A DNA stretch of 63,241 nt, counting the filler, from Chiloscyllium plagiosum (Eukaryota): NCBI RefSeq assembly GCF_004010195.1. It is 5 parts of one record of this genome, joined end to end, with 100 filler letters (N's around TTAATTAATTAA, not from the genome) between each part and the next. Parts side by side here need not be neighbours in the genome. Positions count along the whole stretch, not along the records: positions 1 to 22,531 come from NC_057710.1; positions 22,632 to 42,300 come from NC_057710.1; 3 more parts are not named here. One strand, given 5' to 3'. Below are positions 12,126 through 25,704 of the stretch, in pieces. Each line of letters opens with the position of its first letter. Within the stretch, counting starts at the first letter, position 1. The notes under the pieces are model-generated. The model ran no database searches and was not told the DNA's origin. It saw only the letters and a program-made list of their open reading frames with translations. The translations under genes were made by a program, and so were the position numbers.

Positions 12126-14565
12126 AGTTGGGCCGAGAGTGCTCTGATTCAGGCCAATCATTGACAAGTGCATTTCATTGTGCTCATTGAGTTAGAAGAG
12201 AATGATCCAAAGTAATAAGTGCTGCAGAGAAGGGTCACAAAACTCAAGTTCAATACCACAAAACTGAATAATGGAAAAGATTTAGAAATGTAATATGATG
12301 TTTTAATATGAGGTTTGAACATATTGTGAACCCAAAGGTAATGACGCAGGGATTTTTTATTCCACTGGTATTAGGTCATTACAAATGTGAAGAGAAATTA
12401 AAGTTAAACAAGGAAGTATTCACTGTATTTACATTGAACAAAGCAGATGGTCCACAATAGATTGTGCAATTCTTTATTTGTTCTTTCTTCTCATAAAGCC
12501 TCTTTCACTCAAAGGCATTCTTTTTCTCCAGAATGTTCAGTTGCTCCAAGTGGCCTGTCTCACCATCACTACCCTGTGCTAGATGTCCAGGCATAACAGC
12601 TCAAGCTCCCATGCTCAACACCCTCCAACACAGGTGCCATCTGCTGCTGGAGATTCCATTACAGAATCTTTTGGTTCAGATTTGACCAAAGGTAAAGGAG
12701 AGAAGGTCTTATGGCAGCACACAAAGTATGATATAGATTGCAAGATATTAAGGCAGAGTATTATTTAATTGGGAATACTGAAATTGTCATATTAGTCCTC
12801 TACCATACGTTCTATATTTCATTGTTGATTCCATCAGCCTCCCTCAACCACTAATCAGCTTAACTCAGATTGTGCACCAAGCTCTTTCGTTAGTTCAGTC
12901 ATATCTTTCACCACTTCAGGCTTGACTACAATGCTCTCCTGATAGAATCCACCTTCAGTTAACCTAAATCTCTGCTATTTTTATTCTTTCCACATCATCC
13001 ATTACCTGCCCATTACCTATCTCCCACTAACCCAGTGCTCATTTAGTAACATTCTGGTTTCTCAAGAGTTCTAATATGAAAGTCTTAACCTTCTGTTTAA
13101 ATCTAGAGATAATCTCACTTTTTCCTGATTCTCCAGCCCCACAAATAATTCAAGGCTTGTCAGTTGGGCTTTTCATGTGGTACACTTGCATGTACTGGAA
13201 ATTTTATACATTAATACACGGAGTTCTATTCTTTGCAGAGAGAAAGAGCATCTACACACATTATGCCTCTTCCAGCCCAATTAAATAAAGGACAGCAATT
13301 TCTAGTTCAATACTCAGGGCTAAGCATTGTCAACCTGTCTGATTTAAAATTTAAATCAAGTTTGCAGTTAACTGTCAATCATCAGCTACATGTTGCACTC
13401 TCTTTGGCAACACCTCTTAACAATCAATATTCTCTTTCCAGCCAATCAGTCAGCTCCTTTGAAAGAGAATAAGTGTTGTCTTCCTTTTATGTTGGTATTA
13501 GTGCAAATTGTCTTAATGAAATGTAAGAGAAAAAACTTTTGACAAAATGATACCAGATAGTTCAGTCGTATTGAGAAATGCTCTTTTAACCAAAATGTGG
13601 TTATTTCCCCCATGCCTGAAATTATTTTTAAGTAAGAATTGGTTAATTCCAGACTTTTCTTTTTAATTTCAGACTGATTAACACCAAATATGGTTAACCA
13701 GGTATGATGAGAGAAGGCAGTTGAAATTCAAGAGGATAGCTGCCGAATTCACAACTTTGTTTGATAGGCTGAGATGGATCAGGAGTGATTAACTTTACAT
13801 TCATAGCTCAGATAGTGTCTGGAGGAAAAAAAATATTGGCATGTTAATAGAGCAGTCCAAATAACTGGCTGGAAAAGTGGCATTCAAGATGCCTTCTGTT
13901 TGCATGGATCTTTGTTGAAATTTGGAGAGATAAAGGCAAACTGTTCCTCGCATGAAGCAAGGAGTGCTGGTTGGTGTTTGGATGCAACACATAGCTAAAC
14001 CTCAGAGGGAGGGAGGGAGGTGGGAACTTGATGGAACTTGTGCGAATTTTTGCATTGTTTGGTGATGTCTTACACAGGAGATGAATGACTAAATGAATAA
14101 TGAAGCATGCCTGCGAGTGATAGAAACTGATGTTATGTAATAGATTTGGAAGTGACATTATACTGATGTTCAATGATACATGGCTGTGATATTCCAATTG
14201 CAAGGGAGATTCACTGTAATTTAATGCTATTAATTCTGGAACATATTGTTCAATAATTTGGTAGTGAAATTCAAGCTATCACTTCAGCTCTATTCATAGA
14301 GTCAGTTTATCATTTTTGTGAAATCTCTATGTCCAAAAGTATGAATTATCATGACTCACTTCTAATGTCACATAAACAAGAAAAACTAAATACTGTACAA
14401 TATGTACTTGGTGTGAAGTGCATTCAAGTAATAGGAATTGAAAGAGTAAGCCCTAACATGAACAAAACTAATGTAAAACTAATTTCAAAGAAAATTTAAT
14501 CATAGGTCATCACTTCTGCAAGTTATTTGATAAGATTAAACAAAGACAATATCTGAGAATTGAGA

Positions 14566-15748
14566 TGGGCAGGATTTTATAGGGAGGCATATATCCCTAA
14601 TTCACCCTCCCAGTCCAACAGAAAAGTCCGTTGTTGTTCACCAATTCAAGTCAATTGACCCATAGCAATACTATGCTGATGGCAGCTTTAATTGATTGAG
14701 AGTGAGACATTTGCCCACATCTTGGAGGATCTACAATCCTAGGAAGCTACCAGACAATCCAATTCTTCAATGGTTCTGCACTCTTGGCAGTATAGGGTTG
14801 AGCAGTGGCCATTGCTGAGACTCCATGATCCTTGGACTCCGTACTCTGAAAAGTCTTGCCTTGGAGACCTCATTAAAGTGGTTGGAGCAGTGGGAGGCTT
14901 GGCTTGCAGAGGCCAGGAGGGGATGTTTAAAAGTAAGGTCTCATCTTGAATGCTGGATGCTTCTAGTTGATGCATGGGAGTCTCCAAAGGACTTAACTTC
15001 CATTAATTGACCATTAATTTTTAATAGGACTAAGGAATGTTGTTGCTTGGCACCTTCCACATATATAGGAATGTGGGCGACAGGTTGGGGTGTCAACAGG
15101 TCATTTAGAAGGTAACCTGTTTTATTCTATTAATGTTAGTTTCCAATGATAGCATTTTTCAAACGTGGAAGCTCAACTATCTGGAATGATAAGAACCAAA
15201 AATGATTGGAAACACCACTAACTACACGAGATCTTCCAAACCACATACCTGCTTGCCTTGGGATTGTATAAAAATCTACAAATATAGAAAACAGAAGCAG
15301 AAGTAGACCATTCAGCCTTTCAAGCCTGCTCCACCATTCAATATGATCATGGCTGATCATCCTACGCAGAATCCTGTTCCCATTTCTTCTTCATGCCCTT
15401 TGCTCCCTTTAGCCCAAAGAACTATATTTAACTCCTTCTTGAAAACATTCAGTGTTTGGTCTCAATGGTATTCTGTGGCAAAGAATTCACACACTCACTT
15501 CCCTCTGGGTGAAGAAATCTTTCCTCTCCCCAGATCATTCCGTCATGAAGTCAAAATCCTGGAATCCCTTCCTAAGAGTGTTATGCATGTCTCAACACCT
15601 CTGTACCAGGGGTTTAAGAAGGCAACTCATCATGTTCTTCTACAGAGCAACTGGGGATGACCAAGAAACGTTGATCAAACCAGCAACACCCACATCTTAT
15701 CATTGAAAACAAAATACAGCAATGGGGGAAGCCATAAAATCCAGCCCA
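14566..15748. mobile_element. Possible old non-autonomous DNA transposon defined by terminal inverted repeats, with nested LINE fragments
   Basis: TGGGCAGGATTTTAT (14566-14580) and ATAAAATCCAGCCCA (15734-15748) match 14/15 as an inverted repeat. No clear TSD. CR1 3' end nested at about 15280-15530. Confidence 0.3.
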
Positions 15749-15961
15749 AATTATTCACAAACTGGTGTGCTGATTCTTTAGCATGATACTAACAAGAGAA
15801 ATGTATATATGAAAGCAATGTATGTTAATTTGGTATTTATTGCAGAAATGTATTCATTTAGGATTCTGCAGAGATTATAAAGTTTGTGTACCTTGCTAAT
15901 TTTTACATAAAATGTCAGATATCCTGACATTTTTCAAAAAAGACTTGTACCCAAACTAAAG

Positions 15962-16155
15962 GTGCCTTGAAATGGAACAACAGTTTGCTTTCGAATTAAA
16001 AAACAAGATTAACGTTTCCTGAATAGCAAAGCAGAAGTATTAAACATACTCTTGTATCCGTAGTAGAAGTGCCTTGAAATAAAACAGCAGTTTGTTTTAG
16101 AACAAAAACAAATTAACATTTTCCAGAATAACCAAATGGAAAGTGAAATATATAT
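15962..16155. repeat. Diverged tandem duplication, period about 107 bp
   Basis: GTGCCTTGAAAT..AACA.CAGTTTG.TTT.GAA..AAAAACAA..TTAAC.TTT.C.GAATA starts at both 15962 and 16069. Confidence 0.7.
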
Positions 16156-16489
16156 TTTTTTTAACGTGCATGTCTGTTAATTCTTCCAGTTCCTCCAGCA
16201 AAGTGTGAGTTTGTCAATCTTACAATCCCCATGGAGTAACCATAGACAAAAGCAGTGGAATTTCTTGAATGACCCCAAATGAAGAAACTATTTATAAGCA
16301 TTTACTTCTGTAGTTGTACTTTTAACACTGGTCAAAATCAATGTAAATTAAATATGAATTAAGAGGAAAGTTATGTTTCAAATAAAAACATAAATTTCAC
16401 TTTGAATTGTCAATTCAACCATTTCTTGTGTAACAACATGTCTTTCTTTAAGAATATATATTGTTCCACAATATGTTCTTTCTTCATGA

Positions 16490-16651
16490 TTTGGAGATGC
16501 CGGTGTTGGACTGGGGTGTACAAAGTTAAAAATCACACAACACCAGGTTATAGTCCAACAGATTTAATTGGAAGCAGAAAGCTAGTGTGCTTCCAATTAA
16601 ACCAGGTTTAATTAAACCAGGACTATAACCTGGTGTTGTGTGATTTTTAAC
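16490..16651. mobile_element. Short fold-back Penelope-like insertion (second pLTR family)
   Basis: AAGTTAAAAATCACACAACACCAGGTTATAGTCC and its reverse complement GGACTATAACCTGGTGTTGTGTGATTTTTAACTT. Flanked by TTCTTTCTTCATG / TTCTTTATTCATG. Confidence 0.75.
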
Positions 16652-18454
16652 TTCTTTATTCATGCCAGTTAGGTCAGCAGTATTATCTGTCAAAAGCTTT
16701 TATTCTTGGCTTTCATGGGTATGATTATCATCAGCAAAGCACATTTCTGTGAAACCTTGCTCTCTCAGGTCACAATAGAGTTCCCGAGTCTTCATGAGTT
16801 GATATTAACATGCTTCACATTTTAACCACTTTTGGGAAAATACCTAGCTTTTCAGTGCTTTCTAACTATTTACGTAGCTATCGAGTTGTTAGAATGTTTT
16901 TAGCTAGCTCACACAGTATGTTGAAGAGTTACAATATCTTATTTACCAAACAATAAAAAATCCTGAGAAAGATTTGCTTCCTCTTCTCATAAAAGTTCAG
17001 GGAGTCCATTTTATCATCTTTGCTTTCTCATTGTATCTGCATGTGCTATTTCTCTGCATCTGGACATAAAACATTTGTATCTTAACTTTCTTCCTATTGA
17101 TCCTGCAACTGGGTCAACTTGAATTGTATATTCAAGAAACATACAATTGATCATTTTATTATTGAAGTCTTTAAAGCCCCTTCCAAGCACTCTTAAAGAC
17201 AGTGTGATATTCTATATTCACGTGAAAGGGATTAAATAATTAAATAAAGATCATCATCGTATTCACAATTTTAGTTGCATAAAGTAGCATATTAACCCAT
17301 CACGAACTTACCAAGTGATTTTCTTGACTTCTCAAATTAATAGTGCTAGCTTTAAAGTCAATGAATCATTACTTATAAATTATTGATATTTGAAAGAGCA
17401 TGAATTTCTAACAGTTCTGCAAACATTGGACTTCTTGGTTCGTATAAAGATTATGCCCTCAACAGTTTCTACTATGGCTGTTACAGTTTCATTCTAAAAG
17501 TATCCTATTCAGGGATATTCCAGTACAATGACATATGATGTAACAGCTATGAACTTGAAACCAACTTATATAGAAAGACATAATGAAATTTCCCGGTATA
17601 AAATATATTGAATATTATGTTTAAAAGGCATTTAGACAAACGTATGGACAGATAGGGAATAGATGGATACAGGCCAGGTGCAGATAGACAGGATTAGTTG
17701 AGAATAGCATCATGGTCAGTGCAGCCATAGTAGGCTGAATGGCCTGTTCCTGTGTTGTGTGTTCTATGGTTTGAAAGTGGCTTATATTGGAAAACTGATT
17801 TTATGAGAAATTCAGGGAAATATTTTGATTTGTTCTGAACAATAAATTAATTTTAATTTCAGAGTTCAATGGTTGTGTAAATCAATTAAACTTATTAAGA
17901 TCATTTGAACTTAATAATTAAACTAATTTATTAACAAATTTTTAAAAATTAAATAACATGTATATGAGAGCATAAATTTCAATCCCAACAAGGCAAAAAC
18001 ATTACTATTGACACATATCAAACTGTGGTAACTCTCATCACTTTATTCATCTGCATATTAACTGATCTGTGATGTTTAATGCCTTTTACTGCCTAGCAGT
18101 GACTGCGTTTTCACACCATCAAAAACAACTCCTTAACTTATATTTATATTGCACCTTTAATGCATCACTCAGCACTCAGCAAGAACATTATAACACAAAC
18201 CGTGACACCGAGTAACATAAGGCAATATTTGGTCAGCTGCCACAAAACTAGATTAAATACTCAGTTTTTAAAAAATCTGTTAAGTAGTGAAAGTGAGGTA
18301 AAGCAGCAGAGAGCTGTGTGGAAGGTATCAGAACCTGGGGCCTGGGCAACAGAAGTCACAGCAAACAATGACGATGCAAATAGAATTGCAAGTGTTCAAA
18401 AAACCAAAATTAAAGAGGCACCTTCAGAGGGTTGTGGAGTTAGATGGATTTCCG

Positions 18455-19100
18455 AACATCGGAACAGAAGGAGGCCATTCAGCCTATCAAGCCTGCCTGC
18501 CATTTAATATGATCATGGCTGATCAGACACTGCAGTTTCTTTTGCCTGCATTAGCCCTGTAACTCTTTATGCCATTGATAATCAGTAATCCGTCAATCAC
18601 TACTAAACATTCCCTATCACTGAGTCCTCGCAGCCTTCTGAAGTACAGAATTCCAAAGATTCACAATGCTCTGAGTAAAACCATGTTTTCCTCATCTCAG
18701 TCCAAAATGGAATGCCTCTTAATTTGAAGTTGTGTCTGCTGCTTCTAGACTCCCAACCAGGGAAAATATCTTACTACAGCTACCCATTCTTCCCTTCTAT
18801 TCAATCTTTTAATACTTTGCATTTTTAATTTAAATTCTGTCTAATCTTCTGACCTACCGCATACCTTTGTGGAATTATCTGTTTTTCCTTGAATTTGATA
18901 CTGTATTTGACTGTTTTTGTTGACCACAGATGAGACCGGTTACATCCTGTAGAATTTTTCTTATTTGTTGGAATGTCTGCAGGAACTCTCTCAGAATCTA
19001 AGGAATTTTGAAGGTGCGTCGATTATCTCTACAGACAACTTGTTCAACTCCTGGGGACGTAGAATATTAGGTCTCAGGAACTTTAACTTTTAGTCCCATT
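18455..19100 (-). mobile_element. Degraded CR1 LINE fragments
   Basis: GGAGGCCATTCAGCCTATCAAGCCTG...ATGATCATGGCTGATC 3' end and GAATTCCAAAGATTCACAA (RVVNLWNS on the minus strand). Confidence 0.55.
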
Positions 19101-19659
19101 ACAGTAATCTGTCCAGCAGCGCAGAGTTATAGAGGGGTAGAGTTAGATGCCAACAGTGTGCGTGTGTGAAAATTACCACTGTTTTTCCCAATGATTTCAT
19201 TGTGAGGCAGCAAGTAAATGAGAAATGGCAGAGGCCAAGAAGCATTGAGGTCTCTGTCACAAGCTCAATGCTGGAGACTTTTAGGAGGGCTCCAGAAACA
19301 GGATAATTGCCCTTTAGAAATGTAATCTTGCTGGTGTATTCCTGCTTAGTGATGTATCACATATCTTGTGATGTATGTCATCATCTTGCCTTGAGACTTC
19401 AAGGCTTCAGCTTCCCTGATATTTTCATATACTGTGGTATATACAGGACGACGGTTTTATTTTTCTTGACTGTGTCTTTTCCTCTGGAGGTTTATACCAT
19501 CTGTGAGATGGTAGGAAAATTAAACAGTATTCCAGATTCCACAGGTGCTGTAGTAAATCATAATAGTGCCACTCTGTAATATTTCTGAAAGCTCAACTGT
19601 GTAAAAGTGTGTTAAAATTAATGAAGAGACAAAAGATGAATCCAAAAGAGCTCAAAGTT

Positions 19660-19916
19660 CTCCTAGTCTGCTAATTAAGAAGTGATGTAAGGAATTGATA
19701 ATGGGCTTGACAAGTTAAATGCTGAAAGGATGTTTCCTCCCATTGTGAGAATCTAAGACCAAGATGCACTGTCTCAGATTAAAGGTGCACCAATTTAAGA
19801 CTGAAACGAAGATGTATTTCTTCTTTCAGAGCGTTGAGAATCTTTGGAACTCCTTGCCACAGAGAGCTGGCAGGTGCACAGCTCTTGTGTATATTTAAGA
19901 CTGAGATAAATAGGTA
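19660..19916 (+). mobile_element. CR1 LINE 3' fragment
   Basis: TTCTTTCAGAGCGTTGAGAATCTTTGGAACTCCTTGCCACAG encodes FFQSVENLWNSLPQ. Confidence 0.65.
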
Positions 19917-20761
19917 GGAGAAAGTGAGGACTGCAGATGCTGGAGATCAGAGTCTAGAGTGTGGTGCTGGAAAAGCACAGCTGGTCAGGCAGCATCTAAG
20001 GAGCCAGAGAACTTTCAGGCCTCAGTAAAGGCCTCACCTTCATTCCTCTAAGCTCCTGGATTAATGAGATTGACACGCATTGCGACATTGAACATTCCTT
20101 CTGCCACCTCCACCTCTGGTCCCATTTTTTCAATCAAGACACCCGCCTATCCCCAGAGGACCCCTTCTCCTGCCTCCAACATATCCCATCCACCTGGACA
20201 TTCAGTGCTGGCCTGTTGCCTGCCCTTGACTTCTTCATTTCTAACTGCTGCCGTGACATCAACCGCCTCAATCTGTCCACCCCCTTCACCCACTCCAACC
20301 TCTCACCCTCGCAACGCTCATCCCTCCACTCCAACCCCAACCTCACCATCAAACCCACAGACAAGGAGGAGTGCTGTGGTAGTTTGGCACAATGACCTCT
20401 ACACCACTGAAGCCAGGCTCCAAATCGCAGATACCTCCTCCTACTGACGCCTCGACTATGGCCTCACCTCCCATCAGCAAATAATCATCTCCCAGACCAT
20501 ACACAACCTCATCACCTCAGGGGATGTCCCATCCACAGCCTCTAATCTCATCATCAGCAAACCCCGCAATGATGATTCTACCTCCTACCCAAGATTCACA
20601 AACCTGACTGCCCTGGTCAATCTATTGTCTCAGCCTGCTCTTGTCCCAATGAACCTATCTCTGCATACCTTGACACCGTCCTGTCCCCCTTAGTCCAGGA
20701 ACTCCCCACCTATATTCGGGACACCACCCATGCCCTTCACCTCCTCCATGACTTTCATTTC
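19917..20761 (+). mobile_element. Penelope-like element: inverted pLTR (19917-20012) followed by N-terminal RT fragment
   Basis: IKPTDK..AVVVWHNDLYTTEARLQIADTSSY, then FYLLPKIHKPDCPGQSIVSACSCPNEPISAYLDTVLSPLVQELPTYIRDTTHALHLLHDFHF (20576-20761); the DKG and LPKIHK motifs are typical of Penelope RT. Confidence 0.85.
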
Positions 20762-22531
20762 TGGGGAAGGTGGGAACTGTACAAGCAGGACGGGTTGCAC
20801 CTGAACCAGAAGGGCACCAATATCCTGGGGGGTAGATTTGCTAGCACTCTTCGGGGGAGTTTAAACTAATTTGGCAGGGGGATGGGATCCGGACTTGTAG
20901 ACCAGAAAGTAGGCTAGATGTTTGTCAGGATGTCCAAGAATGTAAGGAGGCTGTGAAAAAGGTAGCACTGACAGGGAATACTTGCGGACACAGAGATGGG
21001 TTCAAGTGCGTATACTTCAACGCAAGGAGTATCAGAAATAAGGTGGGTGGACGTAAGGTGTGGATCGGTACCTGGGACTACGATGTTGTGGCCATCACGG
21101 AAACGTGGATAGAAGAGGGACAGGAATGGTTTTTGGAGGTTCCTGGTTACAGATGTTTCAGTAAGATTAGAGAGGGTGGTAAAAAAGGAGGGAGGGGTGG
21201 CGTTGCTAATTAGAAATGGTATAACGGCTGCAGAAAGGAAGTTTGAGGGGGATCTGCCTCTGGAGGTAGTATGGGCTGAAGTCAGAAATAGGAAAGGAGC
21301 AGTCACCTTGTTGGGTGTTTACTACAGGCCCCCCAATAGTAGCAGAGATGTGGAGAAACAGATTGGGAAACAGATTATGGAAAGGTGCAGAAGCCACAGG
21401 GTAGTAGTCATGGGCGATTTCAACTTCCCAAATATTGATTGGAAGCTCTTCAGATCAAGTAGATTGGATGGGGCGGTGTTTGTGCAGTGTGTACAGGAAG
21501 CTTTTCTAACTCAGTATGTAGATTGTCCGACCAGAGGGGAGGCCATATTGGATTTGGAACTCGGTAATGAACCGGGACAAGTGATGGGCTTGTTAGTGGG
21601 TGAACATTTTGGTGATGGTGACCACAATTCTGTGACTTTCACCTTGGTTATGGAGAGAGATAGGTGCACACAACAAGGTAGATTTTATAATTGGGGGAAG
21701 GGAAATTACGATGCTGTAAGGCAGGATTTGAGGAGCATACGTTGGGAGCATAGGCTGTCAGGGAAGGATGTGGTGGAAATGTGAAACTTTTTCAAAGAGC
21801 AGATACGACGTGTCCATGATATGTATGTACCTACCAGGCAGGAAAGAAATGGTCGTGTGAGGGAGCCTTGGTTGACGAGAGAGGTTGAATGTCTGGTAAA
21901 GAGGAAGAAGGAGGCTTACATAAGGTTGAGGAAACAGGATTCAGACAGAGCAGTGGAGGGATACAGGATAGCCAGAAGGGACCTGAAGAAAGGGATTAGG
22001 AGAGCTAAGAGAGGGCATGAAAAATCGTTGGCGGATAGGATCAAGGATAACCCCAAGGCATTTTATGCGTATGTGAGAAACCTGAGAATGACGAGAACGA
22101 GGGTAGGTCCGAACAAGGACAGTAGTGGGAGACTGTGTATTGAGTCGGAAGAGATAGGAGAGGTCTTGAACAAGTACTTCTCTTCAGTATTTACGAACGA
22201 GAGGGACCGTATTGTAGAAGAGGAGAGTGTGAAAAGGACTGGTAAGCTAGAAGAGATACCTGTTAGGAAGGAAGATGTGTTGGACATTTTGAACAACTTG
22301 AGGATAGACAAATCCCCCGGGCCTGACGGGATATATCCTAGGATTATGTGGGAAGCAAGAGAGGAAATTGCAGTACCGTTGGCAATGATCTTCTCGTCTT
22401 CACTGGCAACGGGAGTGGTACCAGGGGACTGGAGAGTAGCGAATGTTGTGCCCCTGTTCAAAAAAGGGAATAGGGATAACCCCGGGAATTACAGGCCTGT
22501 TAGTCTTACTTCTGTGGTAGGCAAAATAATG
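20762..22531 (+). mobile_element. CR1 LINE (end of ORF1 SGNH-esterase domain, ORF2 endonuclease to start of RT), runs into gap
   Basis: WGRWELYKQDGLHLNQKGTNILG (ORF1), then YFNARSI, AITETW, YRPPN, MGDFNFPNIDW, SPGPDG, NYRPVSLTS. Confidence 0.92.
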
Positions 22532-22631
22532 NNNNNNNNNNNNNNNNNNNNNNNNNNNNNNNNNNNNNNNNNNNNTTAATTAATTAANNNNNNNNNNNNN
22601 NNNNNNNNNNNNNNNNNNNNNNNNNNNNNNN
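22532..22631. other. Assembly gap/linker (44 N + TTAATTAATTAA + 44 N)
   Basis: Identical 100-bp construct occurs four times; the linker puts stops in all six frames. Confidence 0.95.
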
Positions 22632-22915
22632 ACCCTGTCTCAGTCAAATCCATCAAATTCAGCACCGCCTTCCTAACCTGAGATCTTCTTCCCGACCTCT
22701 CCGCCCCCACCCCAGTCTGACCTATCACCCTCACCTTGGCCTCTTTCCACCTATCACATTTCCGACGCCCCTCCCCCAAGTCCCTCCTCCCTACCTTTTA
22801 TCTTAGCCTGCTGGACCAACTTTCCCCATTCCTGAAGAAGGGCTTATGCCCGAAATGTCGAATCTCCTGTTCCCTGGATGCTGCCTGACCTGCTGCGCTT
22901 TTCCAGCAACACATG
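22632..22915 (+). mobile_element. Penelope-like pLTR (3' end)
   Basis: Same family as 2211-2434, 42401-42558 and 56393-56599; contains a hammerhead motif. Confidence 0.8.
22828..22863 (+). ncRNA. Minimal type I hammerhead ribozyme (stem III variant)
   Basis: ATTC-CTGAAGA-A-GGGC-TTAT-GCCC-GAAATGTC-GAAT. Stem I ATTC/GAAT and stem II GGGC/GCCC pair; the ACGT palindrome is mutated to ATGT. Confidence 0.7.
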
Positions 22916-25704
22916 TTGGTATTTGAGTATGTTTAGCTTGATTGTCTCTCAGAATTATCTCAAATACATCTGATAGTTCACACAGTTTATATCATCTGAC
23001 ACCAACACATTTAGCAGCACATAAATTACAAACCAACTTCTCAAAACCTCAACACATTTCACACTTATCAAAGTGGGCATAGAACCAGGGCAGAATCTCA
23101 CCTTAGCGACAGGAGTTAGGTGAGATTTGTAGTAGAATTTGATGAGAAATTTGGCAAAGCTTACCTCTGTTGCAAGTATCTCAGTGAGTCTTTTATGTGT
23201 CACGCCCCACTGGGATAGCGTGCTGGAAATCAATAGCAAGAAACCCTGCTATTCCCAGAGACAACACAAAAGTGAAAAATTTCAAAAAGTGCCCAAAGTG
23301 CCCCAAATTTCCTGGTTTTATGACCCAGATTTGTAGAAAGCACAGACCAGGTTTCTGTGCTGAACGAGAATTAATATTTAATCTAAGTCATTAGAATTTA
23401 ACAATAGGATCCATGCTAAACCATCAGCATATAAAATGCTGATTAAAACTTTAGTCCCTTTGAAAATTCACTCCCATCCAAATAGATGGCACAAAATAGG
23501 TTATGGACAGAAGAGAAAAATACTTCAGTAGTTTTGTTCCCAACTCCTTTTGGTGACACGAACCTTATGATTTCTCTGTAGATCAGTGCATTGCTTCAAT
23601 CATCTTTCTCCGGTTTCTTCCAACAATTAGTGAGAGATACAAGGTGGCTGGTTTCCTTATTAAAATATTTCTTGACTTATCTGTTAAAAGTCACAACTTA
23701 TAGCAACTGTTGCAGATAAGATAAACTGGTTTTCTTCAGGTTTAAAGTGAGTTGTGACTGCAGAGAACAGAGAGACTGTTCCTGAGCTGAAGAAGAGCCT
23801 GAGCACTTCTCTCTCACCATAACATAGCCCTAGGTCCAACTTATTCCAGTACCTGAGTACCAATCATACAGTTGTTGACATGCAGAAATATCTCTGTCAG
23901 GAACCAATGACCAGTTACCAATCAACTTATTGTTACCAACAAAAAACATTGCATTAACACTGCGGCAGATGATCTGCAATTCAAGTTCCAATTACTATTT
24001 GTTCAAACTGTTGTTAACAGTATGCCTGTCATGGATTTCAGGTTACTTCCTTTCAAACTGAAGGCACTTTTTCAAAAATTGGGTTTTAAAACAGCTCTTT
24101 CTCATTTCAGTCCCCAGTTTTTAAAAACACAAAAGAAAAAGACACAATCCTTTCAGATGGAATTGCTAAGCATTGGGACAGGTTTCTCACTAGACTACAG
24201 TGACTTGCCAATTAAGGGGGAATAATAGCTTATTATACTAAGGTTCAACTCTTTGATTATGTCACAACAAACCTCATTAATATTCAACTTCCTATTTACC
24301 AGACGCACCAGACAATCTAGATGTCACAAATTCTCCACATGGAAGTCAGAGTGAGTCCCAGTAACATCAGCTGGCTGCAAGGAGTCGCCATGTTCAGCAC
24401 CAAGATACATCTCGACATGATCCATGGCCACCAGCCACATGCTCCTCATTCACAGGCTGAGACATTCAATATTTACCAACCCCTTGTGACTTTCATGTCA
24501 CCTCTCTGATTTATTTTCTGGCCGTTTAGGAAGAGCAGACCTGTTCCGCCTGGGGAATGATGATTAGAGTTCAAAGGCTGTTGGAAGGACACTTTTTTTT
24601 TGCAAGGAACAGCATCTAGGTCATGGATTGAACAAGGCTGCATCTCATAAATGCTCTATTGCTTTCTCAGTACTCCTTCACTTAGTGCCTACCTGCATGT
24701 TTACAGCATCCTTGCCTTGTCTTGCTATGTCAATTAGCTCAGTTACACAACCCAGCAGCTTGACTTGCCAGACAAGTACAGTAGTGAACAGCACCAACCT
24801 CACACCTTCACTTTGTGCCAGCAGCAGCTTATGTGACAAACTCACTGCATTGGCCCCCTGTTAGCTATGCATCTTCCTGCCCTCACATCACTGACCACCT
24901 CATTCACATGAACACTTTTGAAAACAGAGGCCAGGGAAAGAATAGGATGAGGGGCAATGGTGGTCAGGAGGGCCCACTGCCCTCTACATGCCTTGTTCAT
25001 TGTGTTCCACAGGCTGCAGGCCACTTTCAATGCCAGCATTGATCCATAGTATGAACAGAGATTAGGTATCATGCAGGCACAGTTAAACAGAGACTTGAAC
25101 AAAGAGATGTTCTAAGAAAGCAACTAAATTTGTACGACAGTGAGATTTCATATACACTGAAATGTTACCTGTGCCACCAAACTGCCTGCAATGGGTTTTC
25201 CTCCTTCTCTGTCATCCAAAAAACCACCACAGCCAGGATGGAGGGAGTCTGCTTGGAAATGGAGCCCTTTGGCCCTGGAGGCCTGATTGGGTGACCCCTG
25301 ACACACCGACCTTCCTTGACTTCCAAAGGTCAGAGGGGGTCAGATAGGGTATAAGTGGATGACCTGGTCACCTTTGGAGTGTCCTGAAAGGAGAATTCTG
25401 AGGTGCTATCACATGTGGTTCCTCCTCTAGCTGCATGCTTCCTAGTCAGAATGTGATCCCTGGAATGGGCACTGAATTCCCTGCTCTCCCATGCCTTAGC
25501 AATGTGCCTTTGGTCCTGAGGACCATTGGCAGGGCTGATGGAGTGCAACAGAAAACCCTGAGGGTGCTGGACCTGGTTCTCCTTGAACTGGCAACCTGTC
25601 CATGGAGATAGCCAGATAGTCACATGTGTAGCTGTATCCTACAGGTTCTGGCCACTGAAGGCCATTGTAACCCACATCCTTCTCTGCTAACCATGTCCAT
25701 ACAT

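Noticed and set aside
23198..24267. Possible solo LTR (TGTCAC...GTCACA with clustered CCAAT motifs)
   Set aside because: No matching TSD and no second copy or internal sequence in the window.
24300..25690. Moderately GC-rich stretch with many short ORFs, possibly a decayed DNA transposon
   Set aside because: No transposase motif or terminal repeats could be identified by eye.
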